From Armatimonadota bacterium (lineage in GTDB: Bacteria; Armatimonadota; Hebobacteria; GCA-020354555; CP070648): a stretch of DNA of 64,000 nucleotides. The position numbers and the translations under genes were made by a program. The stretch spans positions 1,281,336-1,345,335 of the forward strand of contig CP070648.1 of assembly GCA_020354555.1 (NCBI GenBank), in the 5' to 3' direction. A model generated the notes under the pieces. It worked only from the letters and a program-made list of their open reading frames with translations. It ran no database searches and was not told the DNA's origin. Below are positions 37,754-46,958 of this stretch, in pieces (position 1 is the first letter of the stretch; every line of letters begins with the position of its first letter).

Positions 37754-38740
37754 CTACACGGCCGTCACCGGCGCGATCTCCCCGCTCTCGAGCGATGCGA
37801 CGGCCGCATCCACGGACGCTTGTGCCGCCAGCGCATCAGCCCCCGAGCCTTCTATCTCATCCGGCCCTGCACTCGCCGCCAACTGCTCGAGCAGGCGCTC
37901 CACCCGGCAGCGGTACGTATCCTCGTAGCCCCCCAGACCGCCGAAGATGGAATTCGTAATGACGGTCTTGTCCTCCTCGGCGTGAGGGTAGAGGGCGACT
38001 TCCTCGTAAATGTTATCCACGACCACGCGCGCCGTCGTGCCGGCGACTTCGCAGCGAGCCAGGGGATGACGCGCCGCCATGTCGGTGCTGACAGTCAGGC
38101 CGCCCACAATATCGCTTGCGAACCGCACGTTCATCTGCGCCGACGACCAGCTACCGCCTTGCGATGCCTGCGTCGCAAAGCACTGCGCCTGCGCGATGCC
38201 GCCGCACAGGTAGCGCATGAGGTCGAAGCCGTGACAGGCGATCCGCCACAGCAGCAATGGGGGGTCGCCGGATTTCCCCGCGCAACTCCACCACAGCGAC
38301 GTGTTGATGAAGAGCGGCGTGCCCACGCGTCCGTCGTCAATCCAACGCTTGGCAGTCACGACCGCCGGGGTAAAGCGCAGGTTGAAGTCCGCTGCGAGAC
38401 ACAGGCCCCGCGCACGCGCAAGCGCAACCACCTCGCGCGCCGGTGTCGGCTCTCGCGATAGGGGCGCCTCGCACAGGACGTGGCAACCGGCTTCGAGGAC
38501 CTGTCTCACGAGTGCGATCCGGTCGCCTCGCGTGCACACGCTCACCAGGTCTGGCCGCGCGGTCGCCAGCATTTCGTCCAGGTCGCGGAAGGCCGGTGCC
38601 TTGAGACGCGCCGCCAACTCCTCGGCGCGCTGCGTTTCAGTGTCGCATACGCCGACGAGCTGAGAACGCGTATCGCCCCGGTAAGCAGCAGCGTGCGCCC
38701 CGCCGGCGGCAGTCAGCCCGATGACGCAAGCGCGAATCAT
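37754..38740 (-). CDS. Gfo/Idh/MocA family oxidoreductase, paralog of the adjacent gene.
   Basis: IRACVIGLTAAGGAHAAAY...CEAPLS. About 40% identical by eye to 36671..37678. Confidence 0.75.
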   Translation of the reverse strand: MIRACVIGLTAAGGAHAAAYRGDTRSQLVGVCDTETQRAEELAARLKAPAFRDLDEMLATARPDLVSVCTRGDRIALVRQVLEAGCHVLCEAPLSREPTPAREVVALARARGLCLAADFNLRFTPAVVTAKRWIDDGRVGTPLFINTSLWWSCAGKSGDPPLLLWRIACHGFDLMRYLCGGIAQAQCFATQASQGGSWSSAQMNVRFASDIVGGLTVSTDMAARHPLARCEVAGTTARVVVDNIYEEVALYPHAEEDKTVITNSIFGGLGGYEDTYRCRVERLLEQLAASAGPDEIEGSGADALAAQASVDAAVASLESGEIAPVTAV

Positions 38741-38767
38741 AGAAGAGCCAATCCTCGTGCCTGACCG

Positions 38768-40111
38768 CTACCGCTGCTGCAGCTTCTTCGCAGTGGCGAT
38801 CGAGCCGATGTACTTGTCCACCCCGATCGTATACGTCATGATCGGGTCGGGCTTGCCGGTCTCCTTCATGCGGCGGTCGAGCCAGGCGAGCATGCGCCCG
38901 CGCAGGTGTTCCACGACCGTGCGCTCCTTCTTCGCGAGGTTCTTCTCCTCGAGCGGGTCGGTCACCAGGTTGTACAGCTCCACCGGCGGCTTGTCGTGGA
39001 AGTCCGGTTCCAGGGCCTCGATGAGCTTCCACTCCGGCGTGCGCCAACCGCGCTTGCGCATCCAAGTGCACTCGCTGATGTAGAACTCCGAGCGGTAATT
39101 CGCCACCTGGCCGCGCACCATGCGCATCAGGTTGTTGCCGTCGAAGCGTGTCTTCTTGGCCTTCTCCAGGCCCATTACGTCGACCAACGTCGGCACGATG
39201 TCCTCGAGCAGCGCGATGCCCGTGAGACGCATCCCGGCCGGCAGGCGGCCCGGCCAGTGCAGCACCAGCGGCACCATCAGCGTCGGCTCGTACGTGCCGT
39301 GGTGATCGAAATAGCACCCGTGGTCGGCAAGGGTCTCGCCGTGGTCGGAGGTGAAGAGGACCAGCGTGTTCTCCCACTGCCCGAGTTCCTGGATATGCCT
39401 GAAGATGCGAGCGATGCAGGCGTCCATGTACGCCAGCTCACCGTCGTACTGCGCGATGACGTGGTTGATGTCGCGGATTCCCGGCGGCATCCATGACAGA
39501 TGGAAATCGCGGAACGGCTTGAAGTCACGCACCGGGCCCATCGTATCCGGCAGCGCCGGGTCACACGGATCGCCGGAATAGAACATCGTGTCGAACGGCG
39601 GCGGCGGCACGTACGGAGCATGTGGGTCCATGTGGCGCAGGAACAGGCACCACGGCTGGCCGGACTGCGCCATCTCGTTCAGCATGGGCAGCGCTTTGTC
39701 GTTCAGGTTCTCCGCCTTGCGCGCTGGGCGATCCTCCCACGACACCCACGCCTCATAGTCCGCGTATTTGTCGAAGCCGCGGTAGAAATCGCCCCCGAAT
39801 CCCACGCATGCGGAGGCATAGCCGTGATCGCGCAGGATCTCGCCGAGGGTAGGATGGTCTGGATCGAGAACCCGACCTTGCGGACTCAGCCCGACCATCT
39901 GGGTATTGATAACATCCCACCCTGTGAGCATGCCCGAATATCCCGGCGTCGTCGGCACGTACGGGCTGAACATGTTCTCGAACAGAACGCCGCTGCGGGC
40001 AAGCTCATCGAGATGCGGCGTCGTGCGGCGATGGTAACCGTACATCGAGCAGTGATCGCGGCGCAGGCTGTCCACCGCGAGCATGAGCAGATTCGGGCGA
40101 CGACGTGGCAT
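38768..40111 (-). CDS. Sulfatase-like alkaline-phosphatase-superfamily hydrolase with Thr (not Cys/Ser) at the formylglycine position.
   Basis: N-terminal LLMLAVDSLRRDH metal-site start. Signature region VPTTPGYSGMLTG aligns to C-x-P-x-R...LTG with T-x-P-x-Y. AAGGAG RBS 8 nt upstream. Confidence 0.6.
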   Translation of the reverse strand: MPRRRPNLLMLAVDSLRRDHCSMYGYHRRTTPHLDELARSGVLFENMFSPYVPTTPGYSGMLTGWDVINTQMVGLSPQGRVLDPDHPTLGEILRDHGYASACVGFGGDFYRGFDKYADYEAWVSWEDRPARKAENLNDKALPMLNEMAQSGQPWCLFLRHMDPHAPYVPPPPFDTMFYSGDPCDPALPDTMGPVRDFKPFRDFHLSWMPPGIRDINHVIAQYDGELAYMDACIARIFRHIQELGQWENTLVLFTSDHGETLADHGCYFDHHGTYEPTLMVPLVLHWPGRLPAGMRLTGIALLEDIVPTLVDVMGLEKAKKTRFDGNNLMRMVRGQVANYRSEFYISECTWMRKRGWRTPEWKLIEALEPDFHDKPPVELYNLVTDPLEEKNLAKKERTVVEHLRGRMLAWLDRRMKETGKPDPIMTYTIGVDKYIGSIATAKKLQQR

Positions 40112-40187
40112 GGATTCTTCTCCTTGTTGCTATCTGTGAATCGCAAAAGCGCACGCAGCGCTGAATGGCGACCCCACCGAGTGCGGT

Positions 40188-40277
40188 GTCATTCAGAGCC
40201 GAAGGCGAAGAATCTCGGTTCCGCAGTAGGCGGCGGTGCCGGGATTCCTCGCCCCGCCCCGCTGCGCTCGGAATGAC
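40188..40277. repeat. Complete copy of the interspersed inverted-repeat element (GTCATTC...GAATC family). Forms a ~90-nt hairpin bracketed by ~17-nt direct repeats.
   Basis: Arms gtcattcagagccgaaggcgaagaatc / gattcctcgccccgccccgctgcgctcggaatgac. Flanking direct repeats cgcagcgctgaatggcg (40154-40170) and cgcagcgcgctgacgggcg (40284-40302). Confidence 0.55.
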
Positions 40278-40302
40278 AGCCCGCGCAGCGCGCTGACGGG
40301 CG

Positions 40303-41103
40303 CTAACGCACTCCGCACGCCTTGATGCACGCGTTAAGATAACCGCGGCTCTCGGCGGCGACAATGGCGCAGCGCGCAAGTTCATATTCCCCGGCGCCGA
40401 TGATCTCCAGATCAACCGGGCCCGTGTATCCCGCTTCCGTCAGGACTCTGACATACCCCAACAGGTCAATCTCGCCGCGTCCGCAGGCCTGCACCTCGGG
40501 CTTTCCCGGGCCGGGGCCCCGGTCGGGACAATCGCGGATGTGGATGTGCCGCACGCGGCTGATCACTTGCGGCAGCGCCTCCACCGGGTTCTCGCCGGCG
40601 CGATAGACGTGGCTGGGATCCATGTCTATCCCGAACCCGGGAGAATCAATCTCGGACATCGCGCGCAGGGTCGTCGGTGTGTTGTAGATGCTGGCGCCGA
40701 CGTGGGCCTTGACGCACAGGACGACGCCGAAATCGGCCGCGCGCTCCGCCAACTTGGCCATCTTGGCGATCGCCGCTTTGAGATCATCGTCGTTATCCGA
40801 CTTCCCGCCCGGGCCGATATTGATGACCGGAATGCCGATGTCGGAGCAGGCCTCGAATGCGGTGATGAGGCGCTCCTCGTCGAGGGCGGCCTCCTCGATC
40901 GCCAGGAGCTTGAGGCCATGCTGCTGCGCCAGGTCGCGTATGCGCGGCGCATCCTCACGCCACGTGTCGAGACACAAGTGCTCGCACATGCCCTTGATGG
41001 CCGACAGCTCAATGCCATCGTAGCCGGAAGCGGCGGTGTGCGCCATCGCCGTCTCCAGATCAAATCCACCGAACAGAACCGAATTCGCACCGAGGGAAAA
41101 CAT
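40303..41103 (-). CDS. Sugar phosphate isomerase/epimerase (xylose-isomerase-like TIM barrel).
   Basis: AP-endonuclease-2 / xylose-isomerase-like TIM pattern (GYDGIEL...H.......D). GAGGAGG RBS 5 nt upstream of the ATG at 41103. Confidence 0.7.
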   Translation of the reverse strand: MFSLGANSVLFGGFDLETAMAHTAASGYDGIELSAIKGMCEHLCLDTWREDAPRIRDLAQQHGLKLLAIEEAALDEERLITAFEACSDIGIPVINIGPGGKSDNDDDLKAAIAKMAKLAERAADFGVVLCVKAHVGASIYNTPTTLRAMSEIDSPGFGIDMDPSHVYRAGENPVEALPQVISRVRHIHIRDCPDRGPGPGKPEVQACGRGEIDLLGYVRVLTEAGYTGPVDLEIIGAGEYELARCAIVAAESRGYLNACIKACGVR

Positions 41104-41130
41104 TCAGCCTCCTCTTGACCGTTCTCGTTT

Positions 41131-41194
41131 GTCATTCCGAGCGCAACGAGGAATCTTGGCCCCGCCGGACCCAGGAGTCCCTCCGGGATTCCTC
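41131..41194. repeat. Second copy of the GTCATTC...GAATC repeat family. Left arm plus inner stem only.
   Basis: gtcattccgagcgcaacgaggaatc ... ccgggattcctc. Intercistronic, immediately upstream (mRNA sense) of the isomerase RBS. Confidence 0.5.
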
Positions 41195-41342
41195 ACTGCG
41201 GCCGTCGGCTTCAACCCAGTGGCCTCAGCGCACAATTACTTGAGGGCGGGGCGTCACCGTCAGCCGGTCGCTGCGGGGAGGCGCCGGGCGGGTCTGACCT
41301 CGGCACGGATTGCCCCTCGCATACCGCATCGGCCCCGGCGCT

Positions 41343-42335
41343 TCACGCCAGGTCCACGACCGAATGCGTTTCCCAGGACCTGATCGCCCCCTCAATGATC
41401 TCCTGCGCGGCGAGCGCGTCGGCACCGGACGCGTCCACCTCCTCCGGCTTCACGCCTTCCGTCATTTGCTCCAACCACTTGTGGATGCGCGACTTGAAGG
41501 TCTCCCCGAAGCTCATCATCCCGCCGAGGTAATAGTACGTCTCCTTCTCCTGCGAGAAGCGCGGGTACCACGTCAGCACTTCGCAGGCGTCATCGAGCAC
41601 GAAGCGCCCTTTGGAGCCAACCACCTCGCAGCGCTCGAGGCCGAAGCTCCCCCCGGCGTCGTAGCTGCCCGTCAGGTGGCCGACGACATCGTTCTCGAAA
41701 TGCATATTGATCTGAGCGTTCGACCAGATCGTGCGCCCCTCGCCCTTCATCAGGAACGCGTGCACACTCTTCACCGATCCGCAGAAGTAGCGCATCACAT
41801 CAATCGAGTGCGGATGCAGCGCGCGCAGATGGAACCACGGCGACGTCTCGTTCGGGTTGTTGATCCACATCGTCATGTTGATGATGTGGAGCTTGCCCAG
41901 CCGCCCGCTGTCCCCCCACTCCTTGGCGCGAATGGCGGCCGGCGTGAAGCGGTGGTTCAGGTTAATCGCGTAGGGCAGCTTCTTCTGCTTCGCCAGAGCG
42001 ACCATCTCGCGGCCTTTCTCGATCTCGTTGGAGATGGGCTTCTCGCCGAGCACCGGAATGCCGCCCTCGAGCAACTCCATCGTGGGCACGTAATGGTCGC
42101 CGCCGTTCTCCTTGCCCGCCGTGCACATGCTCGCCGCGTCGATTCTAATGTCGCTGGCGAGCATCTCCTTAACGCTGTAAAACGCCGGCACCCCGTAGGC
42201 CTGCGATGCCTTGTCCGCGCGTTCGTGGATGATGTCGCAGACCGCTACGATTTCCGAAAGGGCGTCGTCCTGATAGACGCGGGCGTGGGTATTCCCGATC
42301 CCACCCATGCCGACAATTGCGATTCGTAAGGCCAT
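41343..42335 (-). CDS. Gfo/Idh/MocA family oxidoreductase (third copy).
   Basis: Start reassigned to MALRIAIVGMGGIGNTHARVY (ATG 42335). EKPIS motif. The long Arg/Pro-rich N-terminal extension in the ORF track was rejected. Confidence 0.75.
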   Translation of the reverse strand: MALRIAIVGMGGIGNTHARVYQDDALSEIVAVCDIIHERADKASQAYGVPAFYSVKEMLASDIRIDAASMCTAGKENGGDHYVPTMELLEGGIPVLGEKPISNEIEKGREMVALAKQKKLPYAINLNHRFTPAAIRAKEWGDSGRLGKLHIINMTMWINNPNETSPWFHLRALHPHSIDVMRYFCGSVKSVHAFLMKGEGRTIWSNAQINMHFENDVVGHLTGSYDAGGSFGLERCEVVGSKGRFVLDDACEVLTWYPRFSQEKETYYYLGGMMSFGETFKSRIHKWLEQMTEGVKPEEVDASGADALAAQEIIEGAIRSWETHSVVDLA

Positions 42336-42559
42336 TATCGTTCTCCCGTCGGGCAAGACTTGTCGCGCGGCGCGTCGCACAACGCGCCACAATCCTGCAA
42401 CCGCGCGTGTCTGCGCTTGTTTCTGCGGGCGTCGCCGAACACCTGCCGACAGGGCGTCTCGTCCGTGCGGCGAATACTCCTGACATGGCCCGCAGCCGCA
42501 GAAACCGATGTTGCGGCCCTTCCCGGCCGGTCGCGCGCCGCGGAGGGCACCACGTCCGG

Positions 42560-43336
42560 ATGCTCCCGGCGGTGGTCTGTGCGCTGACCGCGAGCGCGCT
42601 CTTGCCGGGCTGCGCCGCCCTGCGCTCCTATCAATCGCGTGTCGCGGCGGAGGAGTCCTTCGCCGAGGGGGCCAAGGCTGTCGCGCGGAACGATCTCGCG
42701 ACGGCGCGCGAGGAGTTCCGACAGGCACTGGACGCGACGCCCGATTCCGCGGGGCTGCACGCCCGCATCGGGCTCGCTTACATGCCTCGTCTCGGCGAGG
42801 ACTTCATGCGCCTCGAGCCGGCCGCGGCCGCCCGCGCGCTGCCTCACCTCGAGCGGGCTCTGGAGCTGGACCCGAAGCAGCCCTATCCGGTCTATCTTCA
42901 GGCGATCTTCGCCGCCGCGCGGCTCGGCCGCGAGTCACGAGCACGCGCCGTGCTCGACGCCGCCGCCACTTGCTTTCACGACGACGGCATGGCTCTCAAC
43001 GACATCGGCTACCTGCTGGTTGACGCGAACCTGCTCAATGCGGAGGCGTTGCCCATGCTCGAACGCGCGGTGGAGCTCGAACCTAAGAGCGGCATCATCC
43101 TCGACAGCCTGGGCTGGGCCCACTACCGCCTGGGAAACCTCCGGCGCGCGGCGGACATGCTTGAGACAGCGTCGGACCTCGCGCGCGGGAATGCGGAGAT
43201 CGAGTACCACCTGGGAGTCGTGTACGCCGAACTCGGCCGCTTCAACGATGCCCGGGCGCAATTCAACCGCGCCCTCGAGATAGCTCCCAGTTTTGGCCGC
43301 GCCCGCACCGCGCTGCAGGCGCTGGAGAACTACTAG
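42560..43336 (+). CDS. TPR-repeat lipoprotein.
   Basis: Lipobox LLPGC after MLPAVVCALTASA. Multiple TPR-like helices (AxxxFxxALxxxP). Alternative start at 42485. Confidence 0.6.
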   Translation: MLPAVVCALTASALLPGCAALRSYQSRVAAEESFAEGAKAVARNDLATAREEFRQALDATPDSAGLHARIGLAYMPRLGEDFMRLEPAAAARALPHLERALELDPKQPYPVYLQAIFAAARLGRESRARAVLDAAATCFHDDGMALNDIGYLLVDANLLNAEALPMLERAVELEPKSGIILDSLGWAHYRLGNLRRAADMLETASDLARGNAEIEYHLGVVYAELGRFNDARAQFNRALEIAPSFGRARTALQALENY

Positions 43337-43573
43337 GCGTCGGCATCATGAGCCAGCGCTGTCCTGCACATCTGCTGTTGCACTGGCCTTGCCGCCATCG
43401 CAGGTTGAGACCCCTCTCCATCCCAGGGAGAGGCCGGATGAGGCGGACTCGCTCGGAGAACAGTCTTATAAGAACGCACCAGCGCGACCCAGCGTGGCCG
43501 GCTGCTTGATCTTGTGGATGCCGTCGAGAGGCGGGCAGCCACGCCCTGACCGCTATGCGAGGCACGGCGATCT

Positions 43574-43963
43574 GTGAGACCTGATCGTGCGACTGATGTC
43601 CTCTTCGCGCTCAGCTCAGCCGTTGCGTTCTTCGGCTTCGTGCTGTCGCCGCTGTGGCTGCTGTTCACTCCCGCGGTTGGCCTCGCGCTTCTGCCGGCGT
43701 ACCTTCTGGTGGATATCCTCACGATGTATCGCGTTCTGCGCGGACACTTCCGGCTGCCGGGACATTTCATCCCGCTACTGTACTACACCGTCTTCTGCGT
43801 CGTCGGCATCCGGCGAGACGCCCATCTCGTGCACCGCGAGTATTGGCTGCTCGCGCTGATTGCACTCGCTCTCTTCCACGTCTCGTGCCAGTATCTCATT
43901 CCTGCGGCAGTCACGCAGTCGACCCGGCGTCGGCGTGGGGGAGGGTCAAGCATACAGGCGTAG
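43574..43963 (+). CDS. Small hypothetical membrane protein (3-4 TM helices).
   Basis: GTG start. Hydrophobic segments. No recognised family. Confidence 0.3.
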   Translation: MRPDRATDVLFALSSAVAFFGFVLSPLWLLFTPAVGLALLPAYLLVDILTMYRVLRGHFRLPGHFIPLLYYTVFCVVGIRRDAHLVHREYWLLALIALALFHVSCQYLIPAAVTQSTRRRRGGGSSIQA

Positions 43964-43999
43964 GCCGGGCAGGCCAGATCGGCGGATCGTTCAGCTGCC

Positions 44000-45178
44000 T
44001 CACATCGCGTCGTTCGCTTGCTCCATTAACTTCACGACCGCGGGCGTGCGCGTCGGGTTCACGTCGTTGACATCGCCCGGCGAGTCCCACTGCCACACCA
44101 GCGTCAGCGGGATCTTCAGGCGCGCCGCCGTGTCGAGCACATCCCCGAGAAACGGCGTATTCGGCCGTTCCTCGTACTTGTCGCCGGTCTCGCCGATGTA
44201 GAGCGGCTTGCCGACGCGGTCGGCAGCTTGCTTGAGCTGCACGAGCGCCTGCGCCGACAGCGCATCCACGTTCCCGAACCGCATGTTGTCGTGCTCGCTG
44301 TAGAAATGGATCGAGATCAGATCCATCGGGTCGGGATTCGTGTCGCGCAGGTAGGTCACGAGGTCGTCCAGGCTGTCGTGCGTCCAGTCCATCTCGTCGG
44401 TCTGCGTGCGCATGTGCTGCGCCGCCGGGCGCGGCGCGCTGTTGCCGGTCGCGATCAGGTGATTGGAATCAACGTCGCGGATGACCTCCGCGAGCCGCTT
44501 CATGTACACGATCATGTCATCGCTCGTGTAGTTGTCGCGCCGCAGGCGCATGTACGACGTGCCGAGATCCACCCAGTTCAGCCCTTCGTATCCGTAGGGG
44601 TGCATCGGCCCGAGATCTGCGCCTAGGTTCAGCTCGTTCGACAGTTCCCAGAACAGGATTGTGTCGTTGTCCCGGTAGCGCCCGACGAGCTGCCGCGTGT
44701 ACAGTTCCAGGTATTGCCACGAGCGCGAGTCGGGGTCGAGCAGCATGTCGAGCACGCACTCCTGCGCCATGTCGGGGAAGAGGTGTGTGTTCCAGTTGAC
44801 CACCGGAATCAGCCGCACACCGTGCCTTTGCGCATCGGCGACCAGCGCATCGAACGCGCCCCACCATGCATCCTGCCGCGGCCAGTTCTTCATATCCCTG
44901 GGGTAGAATCCGACACCGGAGAAACGAATCGCGGTGAAGCCGTGCTCGGCCGCGCTCGCGAGCGCGCTCTCTGCCTGCTTGCGATCATCGCCGCCCTTGA
45001 GATAGCGCAGGACGAGATCGAACTTGTTGACCGATACCAGGCGCAGCGGCTTGCCGTCGAGAAGCAGATCCGTTCCGTCGCGCTTGAGGAAGCCGGCGTG
45101 CGCGTAACCCGTGAGGGCGCACACGGCCAGAATGAGAACTAGCGTCTGCTGCGTCCGCCATAGATCAAGAAAGGACAT
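44000..45178 (-). CDS. Secreted glycoside hydrolase family 5-like protein.
   Basis: Start reassigned to MSFLDLWRTQQTLVLILAVCALTGYAHA (signal peptide; AAGGAG RBS). WELSNE (NEP acid/base) and IGETG (nucleophile) motifs of GH5. Confidence 0.65.
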   Translation of the reverse strand: MSFLDLWRTQQTLVLILAVCALTGYAHAGFLKRDGTDLLLDGKPLRLVSVNKFDLVLRYLKGGDDRKQAESALASAAEHGFTAIRFSGVGFYPRDMKNWPRQDAWWGAFDALVADAQRHGVRLIPVVNWNTHLFPDMAQECVLDMLLDPDSRSWQYLELYTRQLVGRYRDNDTILFWELSNELNLGADLGPMHPYGYEGLNWVDLGTSYMRLRRDNYTSDDMIVYMKRLAEVIRDVDSNHLIATGNSAPRPAAQHMRTQTDEMDWTHDSLDDLVTYLRDTNPDPMDLISIHFYSEHDNMRFGNVDALSAQALVQLKQAADRVGKPLYIGETGDKYEERPNTPFLGDVLDTAARLKIPLTLVWQWDSPGDVNDVNPTRTPAVVKLMEQANDAM

Positions 45179-45249
45179 TAGTGAGTCTTCTCCTTTCGAC
45201 TGCTTGCAGGCCCATGGCATGGGCGCTCCGCTCTCCCTCACGGAGCGGG

Positions 45250-45804
45250 TCAAGGAGAGGCGGCGTCCGCCCTGCCCTCCACGGACCGCGCGCTTTGCGC
45301 GGCGGACTTGGGTCTCCTCATGCGGTAGGAATCCCCCGGCTCTCGATGCTCGCACTCGTCGTAGATCGTGAATCCGAATCGCTGGTAGAGAGCCAACGCC
45401 CGAGTGTTTTTCTTGTTGACCGTGAGAATCACCGCCTGCACCTCGGGCCGCGCGTCCGCCTCGGCCAGGACTTCCGCCATCAGCCGAGGCCCGAATCCGC
45501 GGTTCTGCCAGCGGTCGGCAATGCCGATGCCGAGCGTCGGCTCCGCGGCGGCGATATTCATCAATAACGCGTGCCCCACTATCTCCCCGACAGGAGTTGC
45601 AAGGACGCGCGCGACATCCTGACCGGAGACAACGCGCGCCAGGACGTCTTCCATCACCTGCAACGTGATGTCGCGGTACGGCTCGTAGAAATGAACCGTC
45701 GCCTCAGATAGACCTTGATAGAAGCGCAGCAGCGCCTCGGCGTCGCCCGCGCACAGGGGCCGGATTATCGGCTCCCGGCGGACCTCGGAATCAGTCATTT
45801 CCAT
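45250..45804 (-). CDS. GNAT family N-acetyltransferase.
   Basis: Acetyl-CoA binding motif RWQNRGFGPRLM. ~180 aa. Confidence 0.7.
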   Translation of the reverse strand: MEMTDSEVRREPIIRPLCAGDAEALLRFYQGLSEATVHFYEPYRDITLQVMEDVLARVVSGQDVARVLATPVGEIVGHALLMNIAAAEPTLGIGIADRWQNRGFGPRLMAEVLAEADARPEVQAVILTVNKKNTRALALYQRFGFTIYDECEHREPGDSYRMRRPKSAAQSARSVEGRADAASP

Positions 45805-45824
45805 TTCCAGATGTCCGTCCGGCG

Positions 45825-46958
45825 CTACGGCACGAACTCGATGTCCGCCGCCCAGATGGTGCCGTCGCCGCCATCGCCCAACGCGGCTCCGTGAACGCCG
45901 ATGACCACGCGGCTCACTCGCTCCAACTCAAGCTGACCGCTGGTGTCCCGCGACCATGCCCCGAGGCGAAACGAATCGAACGGGATCGTGATCGTGCGCC
46001 ACTCATCAGTCGGGGGCGGATATGGCATCGCCTCGTACTGGGCGCCGCCTTGTTCCCACAGCGAAATGAGCAGACCTTTGATGCCCTCGGGCAATGCAGC
46101 CCTATAGGTGAAACGCAGCGCCCGATAGCCCTCCACATCCGACACCGGCACCGGCGTTGACGGCAGCGCGTACATGTGGCGCTGCCCGGGGAAGAAGAAC
46201 TCGAACTTCATGCACGCCTTGGCATCAGGCCCTTCGTTCGGGGTGCTGAGTCGGGCGCGCACCGCCGGGTCGTGGGCGAGACCCCACTCGCCGGTGCCGC
46301 CGCCGGTAATCCTGAGCGGCCCGCTGGGCGTGTACGGCTCGCTGGTCAGCAATGCATCGCCTATCGCGATGCTGCCGCGGGCCGCGCCATCCACGACCAT
46401 TCCGACCCATATCCGTTGCAGGTTCCGCCATTGCAGGTCGCCGCCGGGATCCTCGCTGAACGCCGCCTGCCGCAGCGATTTGAGCGAGATCCGCTGGGAG
46501 GTCCACGCCCCCGATGACACCGGCTGCTGGCTGACTCTGAACCACACCCCTCCGTCGTCCTCGAATACCATCAGTGCCAGGCGCGGCGCCTGCCCCGCTT
46601 CGACGTCCGCTCGGTAGGTCACTTCCAGAGCGCGCGCGGCGGGGAGGTCAGCCGGCACCGCGGCCTCGACCGCGACCAGCCGCCGCTCCGGGCCATCCTT
46701 CGTGAACGTCACCTTGATCCCGTTGGATCGGTCGTCGCTGGGAGCAATTCGTTCGATGGCAGCGCTGACGCCCGCGGATGCCGCCAGCCTTGCGGCGCCG
46801 AGGTCGAGGCGTCCCGCCTCGGCCTCCGGGTTTGCCTGCGCCAGCGCGCCGGTCAACGCAACCGCGAGCGCCACCACCGTCACCGCGGCAACGCGCTGCG
46901 AGCCACGGGCGCGCCCGACATGATCGTTCGCACCGGCGTTTGCGTTAGCCCCCGTCAT
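45825..46958 (-). CDS. Secreted hypothetical protein.
   Basis: Start chosen at MTGANANAG...[15 protein letters not shown] (signal peptide; 14-nt overlap with upstream stop). No recognised family. Confidence 0.45.
   Translation of the reverse strand: MTGANANAGANDHVGRARGSQRVAAVTVVALAVALTGALAQANPEAEAGRLDLGAARLAASAGVSAAIERIAPSDDRSNGIKVTFTKDGPERRLVAVEAAVPADLPAARALEVTYRADVEAGQAPRLALMVFEDDGGVWFRVSQQPVSSGAWTSQRISLKSLRQAAFSEDPGGDLQWRNLQRIWVGMVVDGAARGSIAIGDALLTSEPYTPSGPLRITGGGTGEWGLAHDPAVRARLSTPNEGPDAKACMKFEFFFPGQRHMYALPSTPVPVSDVEGYRALRFTYRAALPEGIKGLLISLWEQGGAQYEAMPYPPPTDEWRTITIPFDSFRLGAWSRDTSGQLELERVSRVVIGVHGAALGDGGDGTIWAADIEFVP

Noticed and set aside
42336-42728. 131-aa N-terminal extension of the third Gfo/Idh/MocA gene.
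   Set aside because: The Rossmann start MALRIAIVGMGGIGNTH is the conserved family N-terminus. The extension is a Pro/Arg-rich artefact overlapping the TPR gene promoter region.
43400-43435. Hairpin cctctcc-atcccag-ggagagg downstream of the TPR gene as an intrinsic terminator.
   Set aside because: The 7-bp stem is weak for this GC content and no U-tract follows. Kept only as a note.
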